Both the position numbers and the translations under genes were made by a program. From Felis catus (lineage: Eukaryota): 64,000 nt of DNA. The DNA lies in NCBI RefSeq assembly GCF_018350175.1, contig NC_058368.1, forward strand, positions 26,538,001 through 26,602,000, read 5' to 3'. This document shows, in pieces, positions 13,250 through 26,980 of the stretch; the first letter of the stretch is position 1, and every line of letters begins with the position of its first letter. The notes beneath the pieces were generated by a model. That model was given only the letters and a program-made list of their open reading frames with translations, did no database searches and was not told the origin of the DNA.

Positions 13250-14447
13250 CCAACCATGGGAGTATTTAAGAAAATTAAATATTTATTCAGATTAAAAATA
13301 GAAGTGGAAATAAATTTAACAATTTTAAATGCTGAGAAACACCACAAACATTGTAATCCAACCCTCTCCCCACACTGCCAATAGCATACTGTTTCTAGTA
13401 ACTAATTGCCTGGCATACCTCTATACCTTTTTGGCTATGTACTCTTTGATCACCTCTTCATATGACGATAACTTTATAGAACGAAACAATAGAAGGATAA
13501 TGCCGGACCCAGAAGTCTTTCCTCCAAGATGGTTGATCAAAATCAGTTTTTTAATACTTTAAATGAAATAATTGGGATGCTAAACAATCGACTGACACAG
13601 GACATATTTGCTATTTATAGTACTACTTCTGGGGCACCTGGGTGGCTCAGTCTGTTGAGCGACCGACTCTTGATTTCGGCTCAGGTCCTGATCTCATGGT
13701 TGTGGGATTGAGCGCCATGTCAGGCCCTGCACTGAGGGTGGAACCTGCTTAGGATTCTCTTTTTTTTCTCTTTCCCTCTGCTGCTAATTCCTGTTCATAC
13801 ACTGTCTCGAAAAAATAAATAAAAACTAAAAAATAAAGTATAGAATTACTCCTATAAGAGTTTGTACTCTACAGACACAGAGAGAACTTCCTCTTTGCCT
13901 AGATGTCCATGAGAATTGAAATCTCTGCATGTGATTTTATATGTTTGATGACCGGATGAATTCCCACAGACCAGCTTCTGCCTTTGTAATCTCATGCTTG
14001 GGTGACCCTCCCTTTCTCATGTATTTACAAGTCCAGATTCTACATAGTGCATTCATATCATGGTATGACATCTGGCTGTGCGCCTTCATATCATGATGCT
14101 GGATAAGTTGGCGCAGTGAGTTCTGGGAGTATTTCTAGAAGCAATCCTACACCAAGATGAATCACAATGACATAACTGTTATCTACAGACACGACTGTGA
14201 ACCATATAAATATACCCTATTAAATCCAAACTAAATGTATCTCCAATTCACCTTCACCTCAGCGGAATTCCAAAAATACTATGGCAACACTGCACAAGGA
14301 TTAGTGTGGTAAAGGGAAGACAGAGTGGAAGGACAGTTTTAAGTAAATTTCAGTCAAAATATTTCACTTCTGTAAATTTTAAAAAATCCATGTGACCGTG
14401 GGTCTTGCAGCCTAAGTTTTATTAACTTCACAGCAGATGTGCCTCTG
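13250..14447 (-). mobile_element. Internally deleted hAT-Tip100 DNA transposon (Arthur1/MER69-like), split by a SINE
   Basis: 'tactctttgatcacctcttcatatgac', 'tggttgatcaaaat', 'aaatccaaactaaatgtatctccaa' and terminal 'cctaagttttattaacttca...gcctctg' follow the remembered Arthur1 consensus in order. Confidence 0.7.
13631..13838 (+). mobile_element. Carnivore SINE (older subfamily)
   Basis: ggggcacctgggtggctcagt head, A-rich tail; degraded TSD tatagtactacttct (13616-13630) / tatagaattactcct (13839-13853). Confidence 0.93.
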
Positions 14448-14798
14448 CTTGTATCCATTTTCAAGCCCAGTTCAATGCTCCAGAAATAGCTGTTAATTGA
14501 AAGAATGGGGAACCCAGTCTGTAAAGGACAATGAAAAGGGATGAAAGAGGACATCAAAGGCGAGGCTGCTGCTATCCGTGTGTGCACCCAAAGCAGCATC
14601 TCAGCCTGACGTAGGTGCCAGGAAGCAGCCAGGTGGTCAACCACAAGAACTTTCTAGGGATGCATCAGGCTAAGGATCTAGTTTTTTGGACTATGACACT
14701 TTTCAAAAGCACAGAGCAATCTTGGTTGTTGAAGAAAGTGAGAGGGCAGCCTGAATATGCCAGAGTAAAAGATAATACAAGTTAGTTCGAGTGTGGAG

Positions 14799-14855
14799 AG
14801 GCGAGGACAATAATAATAATAATTATTATTATTTTAATAATAATAATAATAATAA
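14799..14855. repeat. (AAT)n/(ATT)n microsatellite
   Basis: AAT run, short inverted ATT block, then a second AAT run. Confidence 0.9.
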
Positions 14856-15209
14856 CAAGGTCTCCAACTTTACCCCAGTAATGGCATTCTGTGTGTGGCC
14901 TGGAAGGAGAGCAGGTCAGAAGTCACTTATAGGTAGGTATACAGAGGTTTCTGAAGTGAGCCACAAATGATATCCATTTGCTGGCTCCAGACAAAATTCT
15001 TTACTAAGTCTAAAGATCTTCCCACCTGTGCTTTTAGGAGGCCTTTGTGGAAGCTCTTTTCCTGGGTAAGAAAAGAGGTTTACAGAGGAGGGAATGTGAT
15101 CTGTGAGACCTGTGGGATTTTTGGACCTATGAGATCTGTTGCAAAGCTGGAGCTAAGTCCTCATGTTCACCATTCTCTACTCTTCTAGGGCTCCAATATT
15201 CTCCTGTTG

Positions 15210-16560
15210 GTTCAATGATTCAATGACTATGTATTAACCATATGCCAGGTACTGTTCTAGAACTGGGAGTACAGTGAAAGACAAGACTGGCAAAGCCTTT
15301 GCCCTCATGGAGCTTCCAATCTGGGGTGGGGAGACAAACTGTATACAAGCAAAAAATTAATATGTATCCACTCCAGATCGTAGTAGGTGTTCTGGAGAAA
15401 CTGAAACAAAGAGATAGGATATAGGTTTGGAGAGGTGGAGGTGGGTGGTAACAGCCATTTCAGGAGTGTTTTCCCTTTTGAGGAGATAGCACCTTGGGCT
15501 GGAAAGATGAGAAGGAGGCAGGTGTGCAAGCATCCAGGCAAGCATGCTCCAAGGAGAAAGGGAGCACCAAACATGAACGTTCTGAGACCCATGAGACCTG
15601 GCACATTAGAGGGAGAGACTGCACACCAGTGTGTCTGCAGTGCAGTGGTGGAGAAAGGCAGAAGATGAGATTAGGAGGCCATATCATGGTGAGTTTTGTA
15701 GACTATGGTGAAGTTCATGGACTTGGACAAATCAGCTGCTCCATTTTGACAAACTGACTCTCCATTTTACAAAACTACGCCACGTTCCTAGAAGGGTACA
15801 AAGAAGGTGACCGTGGTGAATCTAGAAGCCACCAAACCAGTGCCAGTTGCAGGTTCAGGGAACTGAACCTGAGTGAAGGGAGAGTGTGCAGACCCCAGAG
15901 GAACAGTGGAGTGAAGTGAATGGGTCTTACACGACCCTTGCTGGGGCATGTGCCAAGGCACTCAAGAGAGTGATCTGGCACCAGATGTACAGAAATAATT
16001 TTTACAGGGGTGTCTGGGTGGCCTCAGTTGGCTGAGTGCCTGACTCTTGATTTTGGCTCACATGATGAGCTCATGGTTCATGAGATCGATCCCCACGTTG
16101 GGCTCTGAGCTGACAGTGCAGAACCTGCTTGGGATTCTCTCTCCCTCTCTCCCTGCCCCTGCCCATCTTGTGCTCTCTCTCTCTCAAGATAAATGAACTT
16201 CTTTTTTTAAAAAAAGAAATAATCTTTACAGTTTATAAAGTTTGGTTATATGAATGAACTGTAGTGGGAAAAGGGAGGTTACAGAGAGGTCAATTGGAAG
16301 GTTACTGTGGTTGTTCAGGCTAGAAATGGTGGTCCATGGTAATATCTGCAGGGCGTCTTGGGGATAGAGCTGCAAAGACTTGCTGAACAATTGGAGGAGG
16401 GTGTAGGAAAGTGGGGAGAAACATGGTGTCATCATTTGCTGAGACAGAAAAGATGAGAGAGATAAAATTTCAGTGGGAAGACCAAAAGTTCTGTTTGGCT
16501 GTGTTGTTTGTGACACTGAATAACATATCAAATAGGACATTAGATGATCTGGAGCCCAAG
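15210..16560 (-). mobile_element. L2 LINE fragments (split by SINE at 16007)
   Basis: 'tatgccaggtactgttctag...gccctcatggagctt', 'ggaggccatatcatggtgagttttgtagactatggt', 'ggtgtcatcatttgctgaga'. Confidence 0.7.
16007..16214 (+). mobile_element. Carnivore SINE
   Basis: Head ggggtgtctgggtggc, CT tract, tail; 16-bp TSD agaaataatttttaca (15991-16006) / agaaataatctttaca (16215-16230). Confidence 0.95.
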
Positions 16561-16659
16561 GAGGAGTTTGGAGTTGTGTTTATATATCACTGGTTTTACT
16601 AGCTCAGATTGAGGCTTCAGCAGTGTTGTGAGTAGCCATGCAAATATACAGTTCAATCC

Positions 16660-17140
16660 TGCCATTGACCCCTCTGACAAGTTAGCTAGTTGTTCACTAG
16701 AGATTCTTGCTTCCCCCCAAAAGAGCTGTTGCTGGAAGCAGCTGCCCACCAGGACCCATTTCTTAGACCTCTTACATTTAGGTGGGAATCATGTGACTAG
16801 TGTTTCCAAGTCAAGGCATTACAATGTGGTTTTATCTTAATCAGTTCCTCTGCTTCCCTATTTAGGTGGCTGGGTGCAGAAGATAATGTGTCTCTTGGGC
16901 AGTATTTCTCAACCTTGGCACTATTGACATTTTGAGCCAGAAAATTCTTTGTTGCAGGATCCGTTCTGTGTGTTGTGTATGCATGGCCACGACTTAGAAC
17001 TAGTTGTGAAGCCACAAATTGGGAAGAGATCTGTGTTTCTGAATCACTACATGGACGATAGCCATCACCTGCTGAGAAGGAGAACCCATCTTGTACTGTC
17101 ACATGAATGATAAATATATGTTTACTGTGTTAAGATACTG
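16660..17140 (+). mobile_element. Old MaLR LTR (MLT1G-J-like) containing a MER20 fragment
   Basis: 'catttcttagacctcttacatttaggtgggaatcatgtgactagt' and 3' 'atgaatgataaat...tactgtgttaagatactga'. Confidence 0.6.
16900..16980 (+). mobile_element. MER20 (hAT-Charlie) 5' fragment
   Basis: 'cagtatttctcaaccttggcactattgacattttgagccagaaaattctttgttg'. Confidence 0.85.
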
Positions 17141-17149
17141 ATGTACAAT

Positions 17150-17320
17150 TAGTACATCTTAAACATTCTCACCACAAGAAAAAATAATTTTATAACTATG
17201 TAAGGTAACATATGTTAACTAAACTTACCATGGCAATCATTTCTCAAAGTATACAAATATCGAATTATTATGTATGTCTGAAACTAATAAAATGTTGCAT
17301 GTCAATTACACTTCATTTGG
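17150..17320 (+). mobile_element. L1 3'-UTR end (L1MA-like)
   Basis: 'atcttaaacattctcaccacaag...taactatgtaaggt...aatcatttc...ctgaaactaata...tgtcaattacacttca'. Confidence 0.8.
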
Positions 17321-18624
17321 CAAACAAATTAAAACCACTGTAACCCACAGGAAGAAATATATTGTGACCTTGGATACACATGAGTTTCACAGAAAATACT
17401 TAATATTACTATGAGCAAATAACTGATATAGATAGGATGCTACACCACCATTAAAATTATGGCTATAAAAAGTTTGTAAGAAAATGGGAAAATGATGATT
17501 TGATTGAGTGTTGAAAAGCAAGAAGTATTAACTGAGCTCTTTCCCATGGCAATTACCTTGAGCACTATGCATAAAAGTCCGCTTTTGCGTAGACATGTTG
17601 TTTTTGTAATAGAAAGGAAACCTAATACTTCATTTCAAATCCAAAGAAAACCCAGGTTCTGGCCCCCACAATGCTTCTGACAGACTACATAATCTATAAA
17701 AATGGTGTGAGGAAAATATGTTGCTTCCACAAGGAATTCTGGTGGGAAAAAGAATGACATTATTTGTAGCACTTTCCAAGGACCAGTTCTATATAAATAT
17801 AAGGTGTTATTCTATCTGCCTTTCACAATTAGAAAGAAAAAAAATATTATGAAACATTTTCTTTTAAAAAATAAGACAGAATCCTGAGTAATTGCTACCA
17901 CAGACATTCAATAGAGCATGGAAGTCAAACTCAAATGGAACCTAGTTTCCTGTCTCACACTCTTTTCCTTGATTAAAAAAATTCTAAGTCCTAAATCTAC
18001 AGGCAACAGGGATCCCTGGCAGCTGCAGTAGAAATAAAGGAACCAGTTTCTGTTGAGACATCTCCCTTCCTGGAGCTCTCAATGGAAAGTTTATAAAAAG
18101 TAAGATATAATAAAGTTAACGAGAAGGCAGAAGTGCAGTCTTGAAGACTCCAGTTTTTCCTAGAGGACCTCACAGATTTTCCTTTGCAATGTTGTCTTGT
18201 GTAGTTGCACATAACTTTGCCAATTGGTTCCAGAAGTTGGTCAACTGTTTTCATATCTCTCTGAGGAGTTATCTTTTGTTGCTCACAGCATGGACACTTC
18301 CTAAGACTGTAATTTCTTGGACTCCAATTACCTGTGAAGTCTCTTTTGGAAAGATTAAAACAAGTATCAAGGGTACCATCATCTTGTTTTCCTGCCCAGG
18401 TACATTAGTGTTTCATACCTCAGTGGATATAAAGAGAAATTATGGAAGGTGGAAGAAAGAGATTTTAAATAACTTTAAGGCAAAGGATGGGGTTAGATAC
18501 AGATGGAGAAGATGAATAGAAAGATGCTCCTTATTCCAGAAAGACCATAGAATGGAACATTATCACTATCCCCCAACCTAGAACTCTCTAGCCTTGAAAT
18601 TCCTTGGCATTCCTATTAACAATA

Positions 18625-18890
18625 ATAATTATGATGCTTGTAATGAAAGTAATCATATCTGGAGTAAACAATGATCTCTAAGTGCTGGACACTGTACCAA
18701 GCATTTTATGTGTATTACTTCATTTAATCCTCACAATAACCCAAGGCGTAAATTTTATTATTATTCATTCACGCAAGAGGATGAGTAACTTGCCCAAATA
18801 CCAAAGATAGACATTGGCATTGTGAGAATTTGAATTTGAGTCAGTTAGAATCCACAGCTCATGCTCTTAGCCATTATGCTTTACTGCCTT
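18625..18890 (-). mobile_element. MIR SINE
   Basis: 'tcatttaatcctcacaataaccc...gtaacttgcccaa...atttgaa...tgctcttagccattatgc'. Confidence 0.8.
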
Positions 18891-21412
18891 CTTGATGCCC
18901 CTAAGATGCCCACAGTGGAAGTAACTATATATTCTAGAACCGGTCTCAGGGCAATCATTGCTAATGTACCACTACGGTAGTGGTATCCTCTTTTGTTAAC
19001 ACCTTCATCTTTAAGAAATAATGTTTTCTCCAAAACCCTAATGTACTAGATCCAATACACTGTGGAAAACATTTCTTTCTGCTTCTTTCGAATTTGTCAG
19101 TTTAGAATTGTCCCTAAGTGACCATCTACATCCCTCCTGGAAATAAATCCACTTTCTAAGAGCACGTGCCATTTGGGCAAAGGACCCAGCTCCAGCCTCA
19201 GTGATCAGCCCAGACTTGGGCACATGATTCAGTTTGGTCAGAGTCCTTCTCTGAGACCTTTCTAACTGAAGGTAGTGAGAAGACTGTAGCTACCCGAGCT
19301 CCTTTTTGGGGGGGGCGGGTGGGGTCTTATTTTATATTGAGCTTCTGAAAGAGTCCTGATTAATATAACCTTACCCCCAAATTCTTCTCAATTTTTGCTT
19401 TAATGGAGGCCCCAGTACACTTTAGCTATAGGAGATTTTGGTTTTGTGCCAACAAATACCAAAAGATTCATCTGAGAATAATGAAAAATGAGACAAAGAG
19501 AGGCAAAGGGGCACTGATAGGGAAATATCCTCATGTTTGAGACATAGTGCTGGAGTGTCAGAGAACGTGGTTCCAAGGGAAGTTATAATATTTCTTCTCA
19601 AAATATTTGTTTAAATATGGTAAGAAATTTTAACAAGGAGGAGGTGCTAGAGAAGATGCAGTCCTGCCTAAATGTAGGAGAGTCCTGAAGATTTTCTGGA
19701 TCTAATCTCTACCATGTTGTGCCAAGTTTGAGGACTCATTATACTTTAGGCTTTATAAAATATTTCTCCTCTGGGTGCTTCTGTTTGCGTAAATTTTCTA
19801 TATTGGGTATGCATGTTTTTCTAGTGGAACCTTTCTCCATTGTACATCTTTTTTTCTCCCCCCTAAGGACATATAAGAAAAAAATCAGCTTGTTTTTGTA
19901 TCTAAATGGAGGTTTGTGCTAAACACAAAAATCTAACTACAAATAAATTATGCTCTGATCTTGAAGGATAAAACAAACACAAAGCAATGCAGAGCTGTGT
20001 TTTGTCAGAGCCAAATGGAACATGACGTTCAGAAGTTTCCAATTGGGTTCCAAAATTAGAATAAATCTTGGCAAAATGCATACTCATGTCCCCTTTAGGA
20101 ATCTTATCATTTGAACTCATTACTGGCTACTCCATGCCTTACTCATTCCAGTAGCTCCCAGGAGGCCTGAGGACCTGCCTCCATGAGTTATGGAGCTGCC
20201 CTAAGCCTGCTGGTTTTAACTTTGTCTAAGTTAAATGGAGGCATTTCTAAGGAAATGGGGCATAAAAAAACTTAATAAGCGTAAGACTTGAACACCCACA
20301 TCCAGCCCCATTTCTTCCGGGAAGTCCAGGTGTAGAGAAATTGTGCACTGAGTGGCCTTCGCTACTTGGTTCTACAGCTATAGCTCTCTCAAAAAGCACT
20401 TGGTGGTAGGTGTTGATTCTAAGCCTTTGGGCTGGGCCATGAACTCTGGGTTACTGTGAAAGTGTCTCTGAATTATACATTCTATAAGAAATAGTTCATT
20501 TCTAGATTAGAGGCCTTCTTGGATAGGGAGTGAGGTTCAAGGGAGAGAGTGTGGGAGTTCCTTTCAGGAAGTTCTTATTTGGCTGCCAATTAGTATCAAG
20601 CAAGGGTGAATACTTGCTGAGCTTCCTTCCCAGGGACAGGATGTCAAACTTCATCATTGGAATGGACTGGAAGATCTTCCTTCTGTTGTTCATAGGGCCT
20701 CTCAGCTCAAGACCTCATCTTATCTCCCACTACTCATGAATCAGAGTGTAGACACTTTCATCAACCAGTGCCCTGTTAGCTCCTTAACATGCTGCGTTCA
20801 TTCTAACCTCTAGACTCATTCCAGTTTCTCTCTTGGAATGCTTCCTTCCACTCCCCTCTGCAAATGCCATTCATCCCATAAGCCCATCTCACACCTTCTC
20901 ACATCCTGGGCCAGGCATCTCTGCCAACAGTTTCAACCCACTTTGGTTGCTTGCCTCTCTCCTTTTTCATTGCCTACATCAAACAATTACTACTCATTAA
21001 TATTCAGTCTTTTATCTTTCTGCAAGTGTGTCCCACAATTACATCAAAGCATTTAGAATTCAGGGCCCATATTTTAGACTTTCTTTTTTATGTCTCTTGA
21101 AACTTGAATGATAGGTACTTGGAGTTTGCCCAAAGTTGAAAGTAAATCTAACCAAAGATGAGCAAAATCTTTAGATCAAAATATACAGAATATTACTGAG
21201 ATAAATTGAAGAAAACCTGAGTAAATGAAGGTATAGATCATGCTCATGGATTGGAAGATTCAATATTATAATCGGATGATTATTTTCATGAGCACAAGAA
21301 AGGCAAAGATTTCATTAATAGCACTTATATATTTTATGACGAACTAATCATAAAATTGATATTACAGGGCATTAAAAAAGAAAAAAAATTCTGTTAATCA
21401 AAAGATACCATT

Positions 21413-21603
21413 GGGGTGCCTGGGTGGCTCAGTCGGTTGAGCGTCTGACTTAGGCTCAGGTCATGATCTACAGTTTGTGAGTTCGAGCCCAGCATCGGAC
21501 TCTGTGCTGATAGCTCAGAGCCTGGAGCCTTCTTTGGATTCTATGTCTCCCTCTCTCTCTGCCCCTCCCCTGCCTCTCTCTTTCTCAAAAATAAATTAAA
21601 AAA
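21413..21603 (+). mobile_element. Carnivore SINE (SINEC_Fc-like)
   Basis: ggggtgcctgggtggctcagtcggttgagcgtc...gctcagagcctggagcc...CT tract, A tail. Confidence 0.95.
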
Positions 21604-21682
21604 ATATACACCATTAAAAAGTGAAAAGTGAAGTCATGGATTAGAAGAAAATATTAGCAAGTTATATATCTGACAAAGGACT

Positions 21683-21740
<58 letters not shown>
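21683..21740. repeat. Compound (TC)13(TA)16 microsatellite
   Basis: Seen directly. Confidence 0.98.
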
Positions 21741-21743
<3 letters not shown>

Positions 21744-23617
21744 ATCTCCTACAAATTAATAAGAAAATGATAGACATATATACAGACAAATATACAATAT
21801 ATTTGAAAAGGTAGTTTACAAAAAAGAAAATCCAAAAGGCGAGTAAACATATGAATAGATGCCTAACTACATTAGTCATTAGGAGAATGCAAATTAAAAT
21901 CATGAGCTTCAGAAACAGACACCAGAATGGCCAAAATGAAAAATATATTCAACACCAAGTACTGGAGAACATTTGGAATATTTGGAACTCTTGCACACTA
22001 TTATTATACAGTGGTAGTATACAGTTGATACAAGTACTTTTCAAATGTATTTAGCAAAATTGACTAAATCGGGACATATGTATACCTTATCAACTGGTAC
22101 TTCTACTCCTAGGTATGTATCAGTACATATGCTGGTCAAAAGACATGTAGGAAAAATATTCACAGTAGCGCCATACATAATGACCAAAAAGTGGAAACAA
22201 TCCAAATGTTCATCAACAGTAGAGTTGGGAAATAAATGTAGTATGTCCACACAATGAAATTCTTTCAGCAATGAGAATGAGCAAATTATTGCTACTTACA
22301 ACACTCTGGATGAAGCTCACAGACATATTGTTGACCAAAAGAAATCAGACACATGGAGTATATATTGTAAGATTCCATTTCTTTAAAGTTCAAAAAAGGC
22401 AAAACTAATCTATGGTAACTAAGATGGCTTTTAGGATGCAATGATGTTCTATTTCTTCATCTGGGTGGTTGTTAACAAGGGTTTGGTCTTTTTGTGCAAA
22501 TTCATTGACCTGTACACTTACGATCAGTGCACTGTTTCTTTATGGATGAAGTATTTATGTTTAAAAGTAAAAGGTTTCATCTCAGGCAGATGAACTGTCA
22601 TTCAGCAAGGATTTTCCACTGCTCATAAGCTCAGGAGTTTGATTGAACAAACAGCCCCATAAATCCAATTTCAAACCTCATCTTGACCTTGGAAAGAATA
22701 AAACACTGGTCTGAACTACTAAGCTCTTCCTGCTTCAGAAAATTTACTCATAAAACCATTTTATAGATGTTGCACTTTGCTTTCAACAGGAAAGCATCTT
22801 TATTAATAACATCTCCGTCCTCATTATTTCCCGTTGTAGATCATCTCCTGGCTTAGAGTTGCCTGTCTCTCTTGTGACTGTCATCTTGTTGAATCTTGCA
22901 TTACAATTGTGTGTATTCTTTCTCATTCCACCACCCCTGCCTCTTGAGGGCAAAGTAGCCCCTTACGCTGCTCAGTTCAATACACTGGAGAGGCTCAAGG
23001 CTGGATTTTTTAAAATTTAATTTAATTAGATCAATTGCAAGGCTCAGGGTTACAAACTACGTGGGTGGTGTCGTCTCCACTTGATCATACCTTGGATTCT
23101 CGGGAGTCAGGTAGAAGGCCACCATCCTCACCCAAACCCAGCCAAGGGCTGGGGCATCTTTGCTTGAGTCTGCAAGACCACAGGTTTGATTTGCCAAGGT
23201 TGTTCTTGGGTGTTCAAATTGGTTTAGGATATTCCAACCAGAGCATTTTTGAATGCTGAAGGCAAATTGGGAAACACATTTTCCTGTTTTTGTGTAAATT
23301 GTCTCAATTATACTAAAGTATAAAAGAACATTAGATTTGGACTCTAGAATTCCTTAATTTAAAATGTTTCTACTTTACCCTTATTAACTCTGGAACTTTG
23401 GTAGTGGAGGTGGGGAAGGGGCACTTAGCACCTGTTTCCTAATCTTCCCCCAGTGGGACAGTAATGCCACCCCAAAGGATAACTGGGAGAATTCATTCAA
23501 GTACACATGCCTTCAGCTTTTAACATTACACATTTATTCAAAACATTCTATCAGCTCTGGGGACTCACAAAGGGCTCACAGTCCAATTGGTGAGAAAGAT
23601 GTATGAACATATCAGTT

Positions 23618-23852
23618 CTGTATTTCTCAACCTATTTTTCATTATTGGCCTCTAAGGAGCCTTCTTAGACATTTTTTCCTCGTCGTCCCCTGCCCTCCGT
23701 GAAATTTTAATACCACAGATACACTCTGTATATATTTATGAATTGTAAGCATATCTGTGCTTTATAATAAAAAGAGTAAGGTTTTTTCCAGCCCCTCCTC
23801 CAGGAACTACTTCTCGCCCCCTTGGGGGAAGATATCTCCTCCCTTGAAAATG
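23618..23852. mobile_element. hAT-Charlie-type MITE
   Basis: Ends 'ctgtatttctcaac' and 'ccttgaaaatg'; internal 'gaaattttaataccacagata', 'ttctcgcccccttggggg'. Exact family not assigned. Confidence 0.65.
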
Positions 23853-26464
23853 AAGGAAACAAATATTACAGGGGAGTGGGAGATGTAATAGGAATAAATG
23901 GTACAAGATGTAGAGTCACTCCACTGCTCATGGTGGGGGAGACCGACTGTGGTGGGTGTTCTCCGGAAAGACTCCAGGGATAAAAGGAAGACGCCGGAGA
24001 TCACAAAGGTGAATCAGGACTGCCTGGCAGGCACACGCAGGGGAAGTTCCCACAGAAAGGCATAAAGAGGTGTGAGGCAGTGTGCCCATTCTGGGTGAGT
24101 ACAGATGGGGAGGCCCGGGGCATGAGGCGGGCTCCTGCAGCCAGGGGGGGCCTTGAATGCCAAACCAACAGCAGACCTTACCTCCAAAGGCGTCAGAGAC
24201 ACACAAAAGTTTTAAGAAGCAGAATGACTTGATCAGATTCATACACTTGCAAGTTCCTTCAGGCTTTTGTGTGGATGAGGCAGAGAAATCAGGTCAGAGT
24301 CTATTCCAGAAGTTAAAGACAGAAATCCTCAGGCCTTGAATGAGAGCAGTTGCCTATGAAGATGAGAGAAGGGAAGGAGATTTTGGAGACAGGAGGAAGT
24401 GGAACAAACAGCTTATGAGACAGCACCGGTATGCTGTAGGTAATTGATGAAAGGGCCGTTTGCTAACACTCAGCACTTGGGACGCTTTGGCAGCTTGACA
24501 CTGCAAAGCTTCCCAGAGGTCTCAGGACCGGATGGCTTAGATCTCTCAGTGGCCTGAGGTTTGATATCGGTAAAATCAATGTTTTCCTTTGGGGTTAAAC
24601 TGGGTAGAGCAAACCTAGCCAGTGGGCTGTGAGGGGACAGCATGGGCTGCTCCTTGGCTGGGCCCCAACTACTGGGCTGAATGACTCCATGAATTATGTA
24701 CAACAACGGGACAGTACAGGCCACAGGCATTCTTGGACCCGGGCGTCGTGTTCTGCTCTGACTTCAAGTGCTCCCTTGTCTCTCTGCTCCAGCCAATCGG
24801 AACCCACGGGTGACATCACCAGCTGCCCTTGCCCTGTGGCTTTGCTCTCTTCTGGGAATCACCTGGGCTGCTACCAAGACTCTTGAGCGATGACCCTGTG
24901 CTCCCGTTTGTGACTCTAGCTCACAGTAAATCAGACCGCCTATGGATTCTCCAGCATGAAGTGGTTCATCTCACTTCTGTTGGTAGCTTTTAGGATTATG
25001 AAGAAATTTTAAAAGGCGGCAGTTGTGTATCCTGCAGGGAAAATGAGGAATGTTAATGTCTGGACGACTCTTCTACTGAACAGTAGGGCAGGAGCAGAGG
25101 TCGGTGGTCTTTTGGCAACGGAATGAGTGTAAGGAGATGGACCAGGGAGGGTGGCATCTGCTGATGATGTGGCTTCTTCTCTTTACGTTGGGGAGCTGGT
25201 GTGGCTGCCCCACAGACCTGCTAACAGGACCTCGGGGTGCACAGGGAGGTGTCTGTCCACCACCAGGGACCCTGTGATACATACTAAAGCCCATTCCCTT
25301 CAGCTTTACACAGAACACACCGTGTCTGAGAAGACTGCTTTGAAGAAAAGGCTAATGCTCTTTTGCCCATTCTGAGTCAAATCTGTGCACTGGGGGCCGA
25401 CTTCTCTGCACTCATCTTTACCAAGCCTAAATCCCTTACAGTCCCTCTTGAGGCTTGCAGAAGCCGGCCACAAAGGTGGCACGAAAATCAAGAACTGCTG
25501 AAAGTTCCCCTCCCAACCATCTCTTTCAGTCTCCCTTCTCTTTGGCTTCCCCAGGCTCTCTACGCTGCCTAACCCCAGCTGGACTAACCCCCCCGGCGCT
25601 TAGCCTGTTTATCCTGGCTGTGACCCAGAATGCCCTTCAAGAACTTGAAGTGAAACCTGGCTAACGGGCCCTGGCCTGATGCCATCCCAGGGTGTAGGAA
25701 ACTGGACTCAGTGGGGCTTGCAGAACCTTCCAGATTCCACTTATTTGTTACGAGGAGATGGAAGCCACAGCATTGAGAGGGGCCCAGAGCTGAAGGTGAC
25801 TAAAAAGCCTGCTGGGGAGCGCTCAGATGCTCCAGTGAGGCCGGAGCTTCTCATGTGGCTCCAGTTCCATCCCAGGCAGGGGCTACCTAACTATTGCAGG
25901 GCCATAGCCAAAGAGTGCTGACTTGTGCATTTTGGAATCTGAAGGGAGGTCTGCGGTGGTGTGCCATAGTCCCTGACATAGTCACCATTTAGAAATTAAT
26001 TGGATTAGGAACTTTGAGAATATGCCAAATAAACACTGTGAGAATGCAAAGCTGGCACCAGAGACCAGGACACTATGACAAACTCGGGATTTAGAGAAAC
26101 TTGGAGGGGTTGAGCAGTGATGTCATGTTCTCAAATGTTAATGAGAAGTGTGAGTGGTTTTCCTATTAACTGCAAAGTGCAGGAGAGAGGACATGTGGCA
26201 TACCATCCATTGTGAACTGGAAAGCCTTCAGGATTTTAGTGGACAGTAAGATCGAGGGAATAGAAAACACATGATCTGGCACCTCAACTTTTACATATCC
26301 AAAACTGAGCCTGTCAAACTTGTCCCTCTTGACAGTTCCAATGTCTATAGATTAGAGCTATTAGCCTTCCAGAATTATCTATTATATGGTTACAATCTAT
26401 AGCCAACTATTTAATAAACATATACTTGGTACATAATCCCATAATGTGTTTTAGTGAGTCATTT

Positions 26465-26750
26465 TATCATTCGCTCACTTTCAATAAATATTTATTGAGC
26501 ACATAGTAAGTACCATGCCCTTTGTTAAGTGCTAGAAATATAGTAGCAAATAAAGTAGACATAGTTCCTGCCTTCCTTGTTTTATCAGGGGAAACAGGCA
26601 TTAAAGCAGTAAATACACATATAATTATTCAAAATTATAGCCCTCTTTAGCTTTATGAAAGTACAAGACTCTAGACAGCATATAGTGGGGAGATAGGCCC
26701 GGCTTTGGGAGGAGGATTCAGGGAATGTTCCTTGAGAAAATGAATTTTGA
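26465..26750 (-). mobile_element. L2 LINE 3'-end fragment
   Basis: 'tcaataaatatttattgagcac...gacatagttcctgcct'. Confidence 0.75.
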
Positions 26751-26769
26751 GCTCCCTTATAGTTATATG

Positions 26770-26980
26770 GTTATTTTGCCCAATATGGTAGCCACGAGCT
26801 ACATGTGTTTGTTTTTTTTTAACTTAAATGGATCAAAATTAAATAAAATTAGTTCAGTTCTTCAGTTACACCAGCTATATTCCAAAGCTCAAAAGCCACC
26901 TTCAGCAAGGGGCTACCATATTATATAATATAGGTATACAATGTTTTCATGTTTGTAGAAATTTCCATTGAGCAGTGCTG
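26770..26980 (-). mobile_element. MER3 (hAT-Charlie MITE)
   Basis: 'ccaatatggtagccacgagctacatgtg...aaaattagttcagttcttcagttacaccagc...gtagaaatttccattgagcagtgctg'. Confidence 0.8.

Larger units (their letters stand above)
21140..22570 (+). mobile_element. Degraded L1M LINE (ORF2 3' part and 3' UTR), with SINE and microsatellite inside
   Basis: 'catgctcatggattggaagattcaatatt', 'gaatgcaaattaaaatcatgag', 'tggaaacaatccaaatgttcatcaacag', 'gacctgtacacttacgat'. The L1-like ORF-track peptides here are decayed ORF2. Confidence 0.88.

Noticed and set aside
21851..22257. L1 ORF2-like peptides as a functional retrotransposon (also 38300-38800)
   Set aside because: Fragmented by stops, frameshifts and nested insertions; these are dead copies.
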